64,000 bases of DNA from assembly GCF_037042905.1 (NCBI RefSeq), contig NC_087250.1, forward strand, positions 12,154,001-12,218,000. The letters run 5' to 3'. Within the stretch, counting starts at the first letter, position 1; every line of letters starts with the position of its first letter. The position numbers and the translations under genes were made by a program. Shown in pieces: positions 22,893 through 37,800 of this stretch. A model generated the notes under the pieces. That model was not told the origin of the DNA. It saw nothing but the letters and a program-made list of their open reading frames with translations, and made no database searches. The stretch comes from Lytechinus pictus (Eukaryota).

Positions 22893-25800
22893 CCATCACC
22901 ATCATCATCATCATCACTAAATATCATCATCATTATCATCACCAACATCATCATCATCATTTCATCACCATCATCTTCACCATCATCATCATCATTATTC
23001 ACATCATCATTGCCATCAACACCATCACCATCATCATCATCACCATCATCACTACATATCATCATCATTATCATCATCATCAACATCGTCATCATCATCA
23101 TCACCATCATCACTACCACCACCACCACCATCATGATCACCACTTCTTCCCTTGCCAAGTCGTAGTTGGCCCTTATTTCTACTCACCATATCCACCAACG
23201 AGATATAAAGAAACATGCCGCCCGCCAGAGCAAAGATCCACTCGCTGGCGTGGAAATTCTCCCCGAGGACAATACCGAAGATAAGGCCCAAGTAACACGT
23301 ACACGCCGACAAGAAGTTTGCAAGGACGGCTTGCTTCACAGTCATCCCAGAGTTCAACAAGATGGCAAAGTCACCTGAAATAGTGTTGAGTAGTGTTGAA
23401 AAAAAAAACATATTCTGTTCAAAGACATTTAAAGACTTCTTTACACTACTCATATTAAAGCTCAATCATATAAAGCAGGGTTCCCAGCTTTTCAAGAAAA
23501 CAAAATTCCCTGATTTTTCCCTGATAATTATTTCAACCCATTCCGAGTTTTGCATGTTTTCTAAGTTGTTGCAGTGAATTACATGTATTTTCAGTATAAA
23601 ACAATAATGTACATGTACATGTAAAACTAATTAGTACCACCATAACCAGTCATTCAATGGATGTTAGTTTGATATTCAACAAACTATAACGGATTCTGAC
23701 AGACTACCGTGCTTTTGACTTTTGGGCTGATCAAAATTCCCTGATTTTTCAATCATTTGAGGCATTTTCCCCTGATTTGAGGTAGTTTTAATCACATTCC
23801 CTGATTTCCCCTGACTGGAAAAAAGGAAAATCATTTTCCCAGATGGGCTGTGAACCCTGTGAAAGCCTATCTATAGGGTTTTGGTAAAGAGTCAATAAGG
23901 TGAATTGGATTAAACGTTTGTGGCTGCTTTTTTATCTGAACCGTTGATCCTTTGCCTTGAGGGAGACTTCTTCTTGCGATATAATATAATAAATACTTCT
24001 ATCATGAAGCCCTACATTATAACTCACCTAGCTCATGGGGAAATTCTTCACAAATGACCGCCACTGACGTGCTGATCCCCTGGTAAACGGAATTCGTGAA
24101 CGACGCCCCGATCGCCAGCCCGTCGATAAAATTATGAAGGCCGTCACCAAAGATGATCATATAGGCCACGGTGGCGATCATGTTCGATCCATCGTATATC
24201 GGTGCGTGGGAGTGGCCGTGATGGCTGCCGTTGCCATGTGCGTGGCCATTGGGTTTGCCATGGTGACCGTTGCCATGGTGATTGGTGAGGTTGGAATCAG
24301 GTCTCAGGTTGTCCTTCTCGTTACTGCTGAGGTAGACATCCCTGAGGGATGATGCCTGAGTGACAGAAAAAAAAAAATGTGGCGTTACGATAAAAGGCAT
24401 TTATATAGCGCCATCTATCATATTTTCCATTTTGAGGCGCACAAGAAAATGGAAAGAATAAGAGGGTTTAGAGGTACTTTAAGTGACATTAAAATCAATA
24501 TTGAGTGACCTTTACTTACAAAAAATTGCTATTTGGGTTTGCTAAAGAGTTATTTCAAAGCTTCCTTAAGTTAGCATTTCCAAGTTAACCCTAACTAAGA
24601 GTGCCTTTTTTGGCTGTTTTCTTGGTGTGAAAATTAGCATAATAGAAGTGTGCAATGTAATCTACAAGTCTGTATTGTTACTGTTTCAGAAATAATTATA
24701 TTTTTTTTTATAGATGAATTATAATTCAATGAATTTGCATTTACATCTTACACAAAATCAAGATTTAGAGCAATTTTGGGTAGGACATGCACTTGTATAA
24801 TGTTGCATAACTTTGCAACTGCTTACACGAGCATCACAAATTTGGTGTCAAAAGATGCGAAAGACTTGAAAGGAGAAAGTCAGCGAGCGGCATTCTAAAA
24901 AAAATTTGCAAGGTGGAATGGTACCAGAAAATGGTCAACCGTCCCCCTCCCCTCCTCCGGTCGTTTTTAGGGCGAGGGAGAGGGCAATAGATTTCAATGT
25001 CGAAATGCAATATACAAAAATACAATTTAATACAGATATCAAACATGCATAATTACATTACTATCCACTTACCTTTTTATCATCGCCCGATGGTGTAGAA
25101 TAAAGCAAACCATTTCCTTCCTCTAAAGCCTACAAATGAGATGGAAACATAACATACGTGTAATATATCTGAATGAATACCGTTTAAATCATTACTCTTA
25201 TTTGTCTCATAGTATTACAATGGGAATCATATAGGAATTGTTAGGGCTCATTTTAAGTTTTCATTTTGGGTAATTTTTATTTTATTATTTTGTTTTGGGG
25301 GGGGGGGGGAGCATTGCTGTGCCCAAGTGTAACTTTTCCCTCTTTTTTATGCAGGGGAGCATTTCATCAACGTTTTTGTCCGAGAAGTTGTCAGATCTGA
25401 AACCTTTCCTTGATTCTGATTGGCTGAACAGCAATGTTACTATGGCAACTGTCGGATAAAACGTCTGACAATTGCTTTCATGAAACGCTCCCCAGATCTC
25501 AATTTATTCCCAAGCATAACCATAAACGGATATCAATGCATTAGGAAATGCCAGTAGTAAGCTCCCCCCCCCCCTATATTAAATGTTTTGTATTATTATC
25601 ATCATTATTACTGACATATGTGTATCATTACAGAAATACGGCTATACACAGAGTATTCCATTTCAGATTGATCACTTCAAACAATAAAATATGGATTATC
25701 ATTCTTTTTCTTTTCATGTTTCATCACACAAGAACTACATGTAGTATGTCAAAAAAATTTGTTCAAAAAGACAGCCAACATTCACGGTTAAAGTTCAAAG

Positions 25801-28800
25801 ACGGGTCCAAAGTTGGGATAGAATGACAAACCTCCCGGCTAGCTCGTTTCTCCCGCTCCGCTTCCAGGTCCTTCGCGTCCGTCATCGCCAAGGCCTCCGT
25901 TGGGGATGTAAATTTATAGCCTATTCGGTCTGGGTTGGAGTCTAAGTTGTGCATTGCCGTCACCACCATGCCCGATCGCCGCGATAAATCAGAACTACTC
26001 CTTGATCTGGCCTGTATGGAAGATGAATATCAAGAGTATTTTAAGGCCCTGTCACATTGTTCTGTGAATATCTTGCGGGTGAGTCACGGGTGAATGCCCG
26101 CAATATGAACTTAAATGGCTACTGGACCAACTGGTTTTTAGACAGAATGATGAATGGATGAAACGTCATTTAGACCATGTGGATAGTGGACGAACTGATG
26201 GTAGACCAAATGATAGTAGACGAGGTGGTAATTGGATAAATTGGTATTAGACCAATTGAACATAAATTCTCTTAAAGGGCGAGTGAACTGTGTGTGGTCT
26301 CTCATTGACTGTGTGTTATAAATACATAGTCTTAAAAATATACGTTTCCAGATCTCTACTAATTAATACAACAGAGAATAAACTGACCTGTAAATGTATT
26401 TGTAATGAGAAACTAAAATGTTTTGAGAGGAAAGTAATTCTTTAGCTACTTGGTAACATAATTATTGTGGTATAAATGTATTGAGTAGTTACAATGTAAT
26501 TAACATGTTATAATTCAAGTGGGTCTATATTACTAGACTACACTAGCATGGGTCAGGAAACTGGCCAGATAGGAGTAGTTGAGGACTCGAGATGGCGCTA
26601 TTGGTTTGTATCTGCTTTAAGTAGCGTATGGGAAAGGACAACTGAGTTTCTCACCCTTCGTCTGCTAGCAATGATCTTGAGTAAGCGTTCTGTGTTGAAG
26701 AACAGATAGATGCCTCCTAGGACGACCATATTCTTCCAGATAAAATCATGGCCGGCCTCGTCCAGAAAAATACCTTGAGACTGTAAGGGGGTATTAAAAG
26801 AAGAGACAAAGAAAACTGGTTACAGGTGATGGATATACAGAGTTGGGTGTATTACAAGTGGAATGCATCTGGCGGTCTCACCTGCATCATGCGATTCAAT
26901 ATAGCAGCAGTGCTGACTTTGAAAACTACTATAAAATAATTATTCACAAAAAACACCATTCATATAATGATACAATACTACGTTCATTGACATTTGACCT
27001 TGATCATGTGACCTAAAACTTGTCAGTGATACTTGATTACCCCTATATCCATATTTTATACACTATATCTATAAACTTTGAAAGTTATGACAACATTCTA
27101 ATAATTACCTCTAAAATGGCCAAAGTTCATTGACCTTAAATAACCTTTAACCTTGGTCATGTGACCTGAAACTCGGACGGAATGTTCAAAGATACTTGAT
27201 TACTCTTATGTCCAAGTTTCATGAATCAGATCCATAAACTTTGAAAGTTATGATGGTAATTCAACAGATACTCCCATTATGGCCAAAGTTCATTGACCTT
27301 TGACCTTGGTCATGTGACCTGAAATGCGCGCAGGATGTTCAGTAATACTTGATTACTCTTATGTCCAAGTTTTATGAAATAGACCAATAAATTTTCAAAG
27401 TTATGATTGTAATTCAACAAATACCCCAAATTTGGCCAAAGTTCATTGACCCAAAATGACCTTTGACCTTAATCATGTGACCTGAAACTTGCACAGGATG
27501 TTCAGTGATACTTGATTACTCTTATGTCCAAGTTTCATGAATCAGATCCATAAAATTTCAAAGTTATGATGGTAATTCAACAGATACTCCCATTATGGCC
27601 AAAGTTCATCGACCCTAAATTACCTTTGACCTTGATCATGTGATGTGAAACTCAAGCAGGATTTTCAGTAATATTTGATTAATCTTATGTCAAAGTTTCA
27701 TGAACTAGGTCCATATATTTTCTAAGTTATGCTGTCATTTCAAAAACTTAACCTCAGGTTAAGATTTGGTGTTGACGCTGCCACCGTCGGAAAAGCGGCG
27801 CCTATACTCTCACTCTGCTATGCAGGTGAGACAAAAACCGTTGTAGGAAATAATTTTTAATTTTTAGGGTCAATTTTTTTTCCACATTGGGGTGTTTGCA
27901 GAATTTGGGGGCTATTTCTTTCAATCGAAGGGCTACTTTTCAAGTGGTAAAAAGTATTGTACCAGAGTTCTGCCACCAGAGTTGGAATGATCTTGAATAT
28001 TGCTTAGAAAAGATCTTGGGGCGACTCTACAAATAATGGTCGCCCTAAAGCATGTTAATTGAGGGGAATTCTAGGGGTAATTTGGGCAGTCATGAGGGCA
28101 AAATCACCTATCGCCCTCATTTCCTATGCTGGTATTAAAGAGAAATGCCAGTAGTTGCAGTAAACACTGATTTCATGAGAAAGTCTGTAAACCAGGCTTA
28201 ATTGTCAGTATATCATCGAGGATCTAGATCTGGTACAGTTACATAAACTGAACTTTGTGAAAACTTGAAATCTACGCTGAAAAATGTTCACACTGAAGAT
28301 CACCAATACAGATTAGCGCACGTGGGACAGTGTATTATTATTGCCTTGAATATCGGCCCGACGCTTGACCCGAATCCTGTGCTTATTTACTGATTTCTCA
28401 GCAATTACACAATTTCTTCCAGAATTCTTTGGCACATATGTTTTATTTATACAAACAGACACTTTGGTGGTCATTTCATTGGATTCTGTACGAACTCATT
28501 TTGATATCGTTACCACAACTGGCATTTACCTTTAAAACATAAATCTGATTTTGATACTGTGTACACACCTGAAATTAGGTTCCAATCTGACCAATCACAG
28601 TATTATATATTTTTGACAATTATTTCCATCAAAGAAAAATGTTGGCTTTAATTTGTTTCACATTTCACTTTAAGGGCTTTAAACTCTTTGGCCCTTATTC
28701 TGAACTCAGGTTTAACTTAGTCCATGGTCTAACTCTGTGCTAAAATTATGGGAAGCCAAAAATGTCAATTTTTTTATTAAGTTGTATGTTTCTTTAATAT

Positions 28801-31800
28801 GTTTACTGTGCTCTTTCCTCATTCATCGATGGTGAAGACAGTCATCTTTTTATACTTCCTAGACAATTATGAATGATTTTAGAGCCAAATGAGGTGAAAT
28901 ATTACATCTCTACTGTTAGTGATTTATGTAACAATTGGATATCCATACTTAAACCACAACTTTAAACCTGAGTTTAAGTTAAGCCCGACTTCAGAGTACG
29001 GGCCATTGTGTGCTGGGCCATGGACCCCTCTGTGCTGAATTATCATCAGGGAGGGAAAGAATGGATTGTTTGTTTGAGCGTGGAATGCGAAGTGCACACG
29101 GCACCGAGTGCGCATTGGTGCAAAGTATATGTACAGTGTACGTGCAGAAAGGGGTAAAGTGGGGAGGGGTGGGGCTGGGAATGGGACAGTAATGTTGATT
29201 ATGAGATGCCAGACATATAGGCCGGTATTCTGAAGTCGGGTTTAACTTAAACTCAGGTTTAAAGTTGTGATTTAAGTATGGATAGCCAATTGTTACATAA
29301 ATCACTAACAGTAGAGATATCATATTTCAGCTCATTTAGCTCTCAATTTATAATTAATTGTGTAGGAAGTGTAAATAGATTACATTGTCTTCACCATCAC
29401 TGAATCAGGAAAGAGCACAGTAAACATAAGAAACATACAACTTAATGAAAATTTTGACACTTTTGGCTTGCCATAATTTTAGCACAGAGTTATACCATGG
29501 TCTAAGTTAAACCTGACTTCAGAATACATGTAGTCAATAATATTTTGTTTCCTTATTTACTTTGCTCTAACAGTGCCCAATAGTTAGCAATCAAAGTGCC
29601 CACATCTCTTTTCACGATTCCCGGGAAGCCTTTAAAGTGATTGGGAAACATCATTGGATAGGATAAAAAATAAAAAAAGGTTCAAATGCTGGTCCTTGTC
29701 AGACCCCCCCCCCAAAAAAAAAGCCATGAGCCTCTGAAAATACATGTATGTACAAACCAAACATAGTTCTCTTTTTAAATGTCAAAGTCAAATTCAGGCT
29801 ACATGACATTTTGGGTATTGAGATTTTAACACTAGTTGTAAAAACCACTTATGGTGATATATCATCCCCAATGAATAAACAACAAAAGATAATGAAAATA
29901 TCAGGGTATGTTCTTCCCATCCATATTGTTCAAAGTTTTACAGACTACATGTAGCTTAAGTTAAGTTCACACACGACTATCGTGAGCTTTGGGTAACACG
30001 ATATATGCTCCTGCGACATTTGCTCTGGTCTTTTTTTATCTCTCAGAGCCATAGGGTTAGGGTTAGGAGTGTAATAGACTTTTTGGTTCAAAGTTCAATG
30101 TTTAGATTAGGATTAGGGTTTATTAAGTTTTGGAGGTTAGGTTTTATGTTTGGCTTAACGTGGAGATTTTACTTTAGAGCAATTGTGGCCAGAGCAAATG
30201 TCGTTGAACCAGGTTTGATAGTGTAGTAACCCCACAAATTTAAAACCTGATTGCTAATTTTCAATCGGGTTCGCACTGATTGCATGTGCAAGATAGCGAG
30301 AGGCTCGATAGCCAGAAGTACTACGGAGCGTGCACTTCTTATTTCTCTGTGCTGTGCATGTGATGGAAGTGATCCAGTACAGTAGAAAGTTCATTTTTCA
30401 CAAGAGGTCACAGTCACACTTATTCTCAAGAACACGAAAGTGGTGTTCACACGCACAAACTTTCGATCAGAGACCACCTACTGCTTTGGGTTGGAGCCTG
30501 AAACCCTAAGATCTATTTGATTCTCGAGAACATGAAAGTTAAACTTGTGTCCGCATGTACTATCTCTCGTTTGGCAACCATCCATCACTCAGGGTTTAAT
30601 ACATGTATACAGCACTAATGAGGTGCCGATTATCCAGTTGCCTATTCAGTGACGCACTTTGTATTATCCCGGCTTTTAGCTCCAGCCGCGAAAGGCGCTT
30701 GGTTGAGTGCAGCACAACGAAAAGTAAACTTTTCTTCTGGGTGAACTTCCCAGATAACTTGGGGTTACCTTTGAGTTTTATACATGTAAGGCTGGCCGTG
30801 TGAACGTAGAGCTTCTAGAACACATTTCGGAGACGGGAGGATATGTCATGTACACATTATTATAAATAACCTTTATTATATTTGTTTATGATGACAGGTT
30901 TTATGATCCTTTCCTTGGGACCATGTGAGTTGGATTGGAATAATATCATCAAATTTCAATCTGCAAATAGAGTTTTATTTCTGAGACATGAAAAACCTCA
31001 AATATTTACAATGTAACATGAGGCAATATAATCGAAGGCCTACTTCTTGTCGCGGGTCGAACAGGACCAGTGGCCCAATTCATAACAGTTAAAAGCTACT
31101 GAAATCATTCGATCTGATTGGCTGATAGTAAATTTGTAGTATAAATTGTAATACATGTATGTCTTTATGAAACATCACCTTGCACTCGAATGAACCTATT
31201 TTCTGGTATCGGAACAATGTTGTAGCTAGATCATATTTAGTGCTATGGCAAAGTGTAAATGCTGGTGCGGAATGAGCGAAAGCATTACAAGCAAAGCGTT
31301 CTCTCTCCCCGCCCCAAAAGCCAGGGGTCCAGGGTTATAGGATGAATAGTGGCTTACAATCATCAAATTGAGGGGTAGATTTTGTAACAAATCGAAGAAC
31401 ATAATACTTCCAAATCTAGCATAATTCAACAACCTGATTGGCCGGAATTCACAAAGGTGGTTTTTAAAACCAACGGTTGAACCCATGGTTTCTGCAGATT
31501 TCCTGTATGAATTACGCTTATTTACCGTGTACAATGTATATTAAAAAATGTCCAATGCTGGGGCCCGTTTCATTAAGACTTTTAACTGTTTTATTCATGA
31601 GTCCACTATTTTGAATTAATGAGTCCACTCTTCAAACAGTTGACTCATAAATGAATAAAATAGCATACTTAACCATGGCAACAGGCGCCAATTTGGCGCA
31701 CTGTGAGAAAAGCATTGGATATTTTTTAATATACGCACTAAATATAGCATATAAGCATTATACAGGAATAACCATCCCCGACGGTTTTCAAAACTACTTT

Positions 31801-34800
31801 TGTGAATTCAGGCCATTGAGGTCATTATTGGCAAATTTCTCAAGCAATCCAGGGAGATTTTGATTTCTTTCCTACCTTTCTAAACAGGGATTCCCCCTTT
31901 TTTAATCCATAATTTTGTTTAACCTTAATACAGCTGTTTCCAATGAGTCACAATGCCTGTTAATAATGATCACAAAATTGTGCCTAGTACTTGTACATGC
32001 CTGGCCTCAGTCTAACAACGAATGTATGATATCAAACTTATTCTGCTACTGTTTTGCGAATGTTCTATTTCGCTTCTTCCTACTGAATGGAAAACTTATG
32101 TCTAGCGACAATAGAGGCAAATAATAAATGCTTCTTGTTCAGTCAAATAATGTATTCATTTTATTGTTCAGATTTCCCTAAAATGTTCTGTTTAGTATTT
32201 CATTTCCCCCAAAATGATCTAAATATGTACATTGTATGAATATTCAACAATTCTGGAATGCAGGTATTTCATAACACTGCAGGCCTCAAATATTGATATC
32301 TTTAGGACAAGGTCATTTTTCTACCTACAGGGAAAATTTTTATATGACAGCACAAGAGAAGATATGCACATCAAGCATGGCCGTCACCAAGGGGGTGCAG
32401 AGGGTTGAATGAGTCCAGGGGAACATTTCCTGGTTTCATGAAGTTTTATCTGACAGTTGCCATAATAACAGTGCCTCTCAGCCAATCAGTATCAAGTAAA
32501 GTTGTCTTGACAACTTGTTGGACATAAATGTAAATGTTGATAAAACGCTCCCTGACCACATTTTTTTTTTTTGAGGGGGGGGGGTGGGATTTGGGAGGAT
32601 CATCGCCGAGGTTGGGGGGGGCAGAACTGCCTGACATCAGAATTTTTTCTCTTTTTACCCTGAAGGCACCCCCCCCTTGAAAAAAGCTGGTGACGGCACT
32701 ACACGTCATGTCATCAAGGCCAAATGAAAGGCACATTGAGGCGAGCATTGTACGTAGTCTAGTGGTTCTGACTCTCACCTTTGACGCACAGGGTTGTAGG
32801 TTTGAATCCCAGCCATGGCATGATTTCCTGCAGCAAGAAATCAATCCACATTGTGCTGCACTCAACCCAGGTGGGTGTTTCATAAAGCTGTTCGTAAGTT
32901 AAGTGCGACTTTAAGAATGACTGGTGATCCTTTCTTATGGCAAATGGTATATTCATTACCGATGGATTTGCGCGTAAGAAAGGATCACCAGTCGTTCTTA
33001 AAGTCGCTCTTAACTTACGAACAGATTTATGAAACGGCCCTGTGTGCACCAAACGGCTTTAGAAGCTGGAGCAACAGCTCGGGTAATACACAGGGTGATT
33101 TAAAGTCCGGTGTCGGCGTTGGTGTTGGAAGCACAATGTGGATTGCTTCCCCTAGCTCCAAAACCTATTCTGAGTTTGTTAAACTGATCCAGATCACATC
33201 ATTGACATCTCAACAACTAGTGAGTGACTTTTCAGGACCATCTTCATTTTATGTTCGGTGTTATACTCATGTAAAAAATGACCTTACACCAACACCAAAA
33301 GGTCAACACTGAACTTTAAATCAGCCGATGTGCGCCATGGACTAGGCAATTACACAATCAGCGCCTCATAAAAATGCAATACTAAAGCATGTTATCATTC
33401 ATTATCACTATCAGGCGCCCATCCACCCCTCCCCCATAGAATAACACAAATAAATAAATTTAAAAAATTCAAACAGGAAGCCAAAACATCTGTGGGATCC
33501 TTACACTGTATAAAAACGGTGTTTAAGTAATTTTTTACACAACGCTGTTTACTACAAATCTCTAGTTATTTAAACAAGCTTTAAGATCTTAAACAACAAA
33601 GTTTAATTTTTCAACATTCAATTCTCAATATATTAAAATCAAGCATGGTTGTTTAAAATGATAAACAACTACTGTCCGGTTCATATAGTAAACTGCGTTG
33701 TATAACATTTTAAACTCTTTTACTATGTACTTACCTCTGGAATGAGACTAAGTAAAGCATTGCCTGCGAGCGTTCCTACGGCGAGGGATACTAGATACAT
33801 GATGACGTTCTTATACATCCTCTTGTCCATAAGAGGGATTATCCACACCCCGGCGAATGCTCCCATATTGATGATTGTCACGAAGAGAAAGCCATAACCC
33901 CATACTGAAAAGAAAAAGGAGGAAAAAAAGGTGTTGCTATTGGCCCATTCTTGGTCACGTGTGTGACTGATATTATGACAAATCTTGACTTTAAAGGAGA
34001 ATGAAACTCTTGGAGCAAGTTAGCTTTTGTGAAAGCAGAAAAATCAAAGAATAAGATCAACAAAAGTTTTAGTAAAATAGGATTAGCAATAGAAGAGTTA
34101 TGAGCATTTGAATGTCGAGATCACTAATGCTATGGAGATCCTCCCATTGGCAATGCGACCAAGATCTATGATGTCACAGATGAACAACTCTCACCTTTTG
34201 GACGCTAAAAATATACCCCAAAACATCTCTTTTTGCTCATTCTAATCATATGACAAACGATTCATCAATGATATAATGTTGTGAAACCTCGGTACTTGTC
34301 CTCTCATAAAGAGAACACCTCACCTTGTGATAGACTCTATAAAAGTGAGAATATAAGTGAAATAAGTACTAAAGTAATGAGGGAGTTGTACGTGTGTGAC
34401 ATCACAGATCTTGGTCGCATTGCCAATGGGAGGATCTACATGGCATTAGTGATCTCGATATTCAAATGCTCATAACTTTCTTATTATTCATTCAATCTTC
34501 CTCAAACTTTCAACAATATGTTTCTTTGATTTTTCTCTTTGATATGGATTCAGCTGGTTTGAAGGGTTTCATTCTCCTTTAATTAGTTATAAATCTAAAT
34601 ATTTGACAGATTTATAACTACATGTAATTATGATGATTTTGAAAGTCTAATTCAATTTTGAAATTCACTGGAGTTTTAAAATGAAATTAAACTTTTAAAA
34701 CCATGTTCCCGTTTGAAGTCACAGACGTGACCAACTTCTTTTAACCTCTGACCTTGAACCTGCATATTGGAGACAGCAAAAAATATTTCCAAATGATAGC

Positions 34801-37800
34801 CGACTATAAATAAACATGTCAATGTCATATACTGTACATGTATCCTTTGAATTACTATATCTCTAAATGTTTTAGATTTATAAAATAAGTGAAGATTTGT
34901 CATAATTTCGGTCACACACGTGACCAAGAATGGCTCTGATTATTAATGTTTATTTTCCTCGCAATGTATCTCTGATTCATTATTATAATAGCATTGGGTA
35001 GCATTGAATATTGTTACGAAGAGAAAGCCATAACCCCATTATGATTAATACTACATATAATCATTTATTACTTTTTATCATTATTCTTACCATAATAATA
35101 ATAGGCATTTATATAGCGCCATCTACCTAGAAATATTATATTCCGAGGCGCGATGTTATTATTAATATTACCCTGGCTTTAGCTCGAGCTGCCTTTCAGC
35201 ACTCATGCATTCAAGGAATAAATCCTGCTGGGTACCCATTCACCTCACCTGGGTCGAGTGCAGCACAATGTGGATACATTTCTTGCTGAAGGAAATTATG
35301 CCATGGCTGGGATTCGAACCCACGACCCTCTGTTTCAAGTCAGAAGACTAATCAACTGGGCCATAACGCTGCACAATTATAATCTTCATCATTATCATTA
35401 ATATTTTTACTATGATTACAATTATTAATATTATCATTATCATCAATAATTTTATTTTTATCATTATCTTACATCATCATTAAAAATATTAATTTGGAAA
35501 AGTATAATTACCTTGAGCTGACGGCACTTTTGTACCTGTTTAACAAAGAAACAAAATAAAAGAGAGAAATTGAAACATATTTTATAGTGGAGATAATTAG
35601 GTCCCAGAGAAAGAAACATTCATGAAATCAACATCATAGAATAAGTGGACTTTGACTGAATGACTAATTGTTTGATTGATCATTGTTTTTATTGTTTGAT
35701 TGAACGATATACCTGATAAACTGATCATTTGCAGACTGATATAATTGTTAAATAGTCAATTTATTGACTACTTGGAGATTATTTGATAGAATGCCCGATT
35801 TGAATACTTGATGATTTCTCTAATTGATTGCCTGATTGATTCGTTATTTGGAGATTGTGTGGAATGAATGTCTGATTCATTGATTGATGGAATCCCTTGG
35901 AAATACACTGGCCACAAAATGGCAAGTTATTTCACTGTGCTCGGTGGAAGGGATCATTGAATAGGCCTAGTGTCATAATGAACCAAAAATCTTGAGGAGG
36001 GCAGATACATCTATGGCATACTGGGCAAAATTTCTAAAAAGTTGCGAGCAAACAAATCAGTTGAGCAAACATTTTGACATTTTTAATATTACAAAAATCA
36101 AATTTTGTGATAGATTTTGACATACTGTAATATCCAAAAGATAATATCATATGTCACCCTTCTCTTTTTCCTTTTTTTTTCTTGTAAATGATTTTTTCCT
36201 TCGGAGGGGGGGGGGGGCCCCAACCCTCCCCCCATAATCTACGCCACTGTTCATGCCCACTGTATGTGTTGATGATATTGACCATTTTTAAATAAATGAC
36301 AGACACATTTTCATGAACAGATTCTTACTTTAACTCCTTTTTTTAAGATTGCATTTAGTTACTTAAGTACAAGGTAAGACGTTAAATGTAGGCTTAAAAG
36401 TTTGGCATACATGTACATGTACATGTATGCTATCAAACTGTGTCAGCTTGTTATAAACTTGACAAATGAATTATGATTTATGCACAATTTTTAATGATAC
36501 ATCAATGTATACCCTGATTCCCATAAAACTTGGGTCACGTCCGACTCACAAGTTTACAGGTTATTTGCATATGTGCCAGACAGTATGAGAGTTACATTAT
36601 TTTATGGCCTTAAGAAACATGACAGCAAATACCATGAAGGGCACAGCCCCCATCGGCCCATCCTCTATTTTTTCCCCCAATTTTTTAAGTACATGTAAAT
36701 GTAATATCATTAAATGTACATGCAAACTATAAAAAAGAATTGCTGAAACATCAATAGCATACATGTAATATGATTTGGGTACTCTATTTAAAGGTCAAGT
36801 CCACCCAAGAAAAATGTTGATTTGGATAATTAGAGAAAAATAAAACTAGCATAATGCTGAAAACTTCATCCAAATCGGATGTAAAAAAAGAAAGTTATGA
36901 AATTTAAAGTTTCACTTATTTTTTTACAAGACAGTTATATGAACTACTCAGTGACATGCAAATGAGACAGTGGATGATGTCACTCACTCACAATTTCTTT
37001 TGTTTTTTATTGTTTAAATTATACAATATTCCATTTTTACAGAATTGACAATTAGGACAAACTTGACTGAACCATATCAAACAATGCTTATTCCACATGT
37101 TCAGGGTGGAATTCATGTTTGTTTCACTTGACAATGAGGAGAAAATTATTATGTCATATAATGAAATACAAAAGAAATAGTAAGTGGATGACTTCATCAG
37201 TCTCCTCATTTGCATACCAACCAGGATGTGCATGTAACTGTGAAATTAAACGAAACTTCAAGATATCATAACTTTCTTATTTCACATCCGATTTTGATGA
37301 AATTTTCAGTGTTATGCTTGTTGGATTTTTTCTCATTTTATTCAAATCAACTTTTTTTTAGGGTGGACTTGTCCTTTAAGCACCTACATGTACATGAAAA
37401 AAGAAAATATAAGGACCATTAGAAAAGTTTTTATGTGCATACTGTATGTTCCGGTATAGTAATAAAGATAACACCTCAGTAATGTGACAGTAAAGACCTA
37501 CAAGTATGCGACGAAAGGAATAATGAGTATTATTAGAAAAGTTTTTATGGGCATTTATTCTACATGTAGCACAGGTAGTAATAATGATAACACCTTGGTA
37601 ATGTGATGGTAGGGCTTAAATTGTAATAGAGGTAAATGTAGCATGATCACATGTACTGAAAGATACACGAGGAGTTTGAAGATAAATACATGAATAGGGT
37701 ATGAAATTATTTTTGCTTTTTAGGGGTTATCGTTTTCTCCACATATATCAGGGTGATTGCAGAATTTGGGGGGCTATTTCTTCCATTTTAAGGGCTTCTT

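Noticed and set aside
22705..23158. Poly-Met/Asp/His ORFs that could suggest a His-rich metal-binding insert in ZIP
   Set aside because: They are translations of a (CAT)n microsatellite lying between a clear donor (23186) and acceptor (22719).
30050..30145. Interstitial telomere or chromosome fusion site
   Set aside because: Only two or three exact TTAGGG units, embedded in a MITE-like element.
37400..37620. Possible extra small ZIP exon in a ~115-bp tandem duplication
   Set aside because: Weak splice signals and no recognisable ZIP sequence. It cannot be supported without transcripts.
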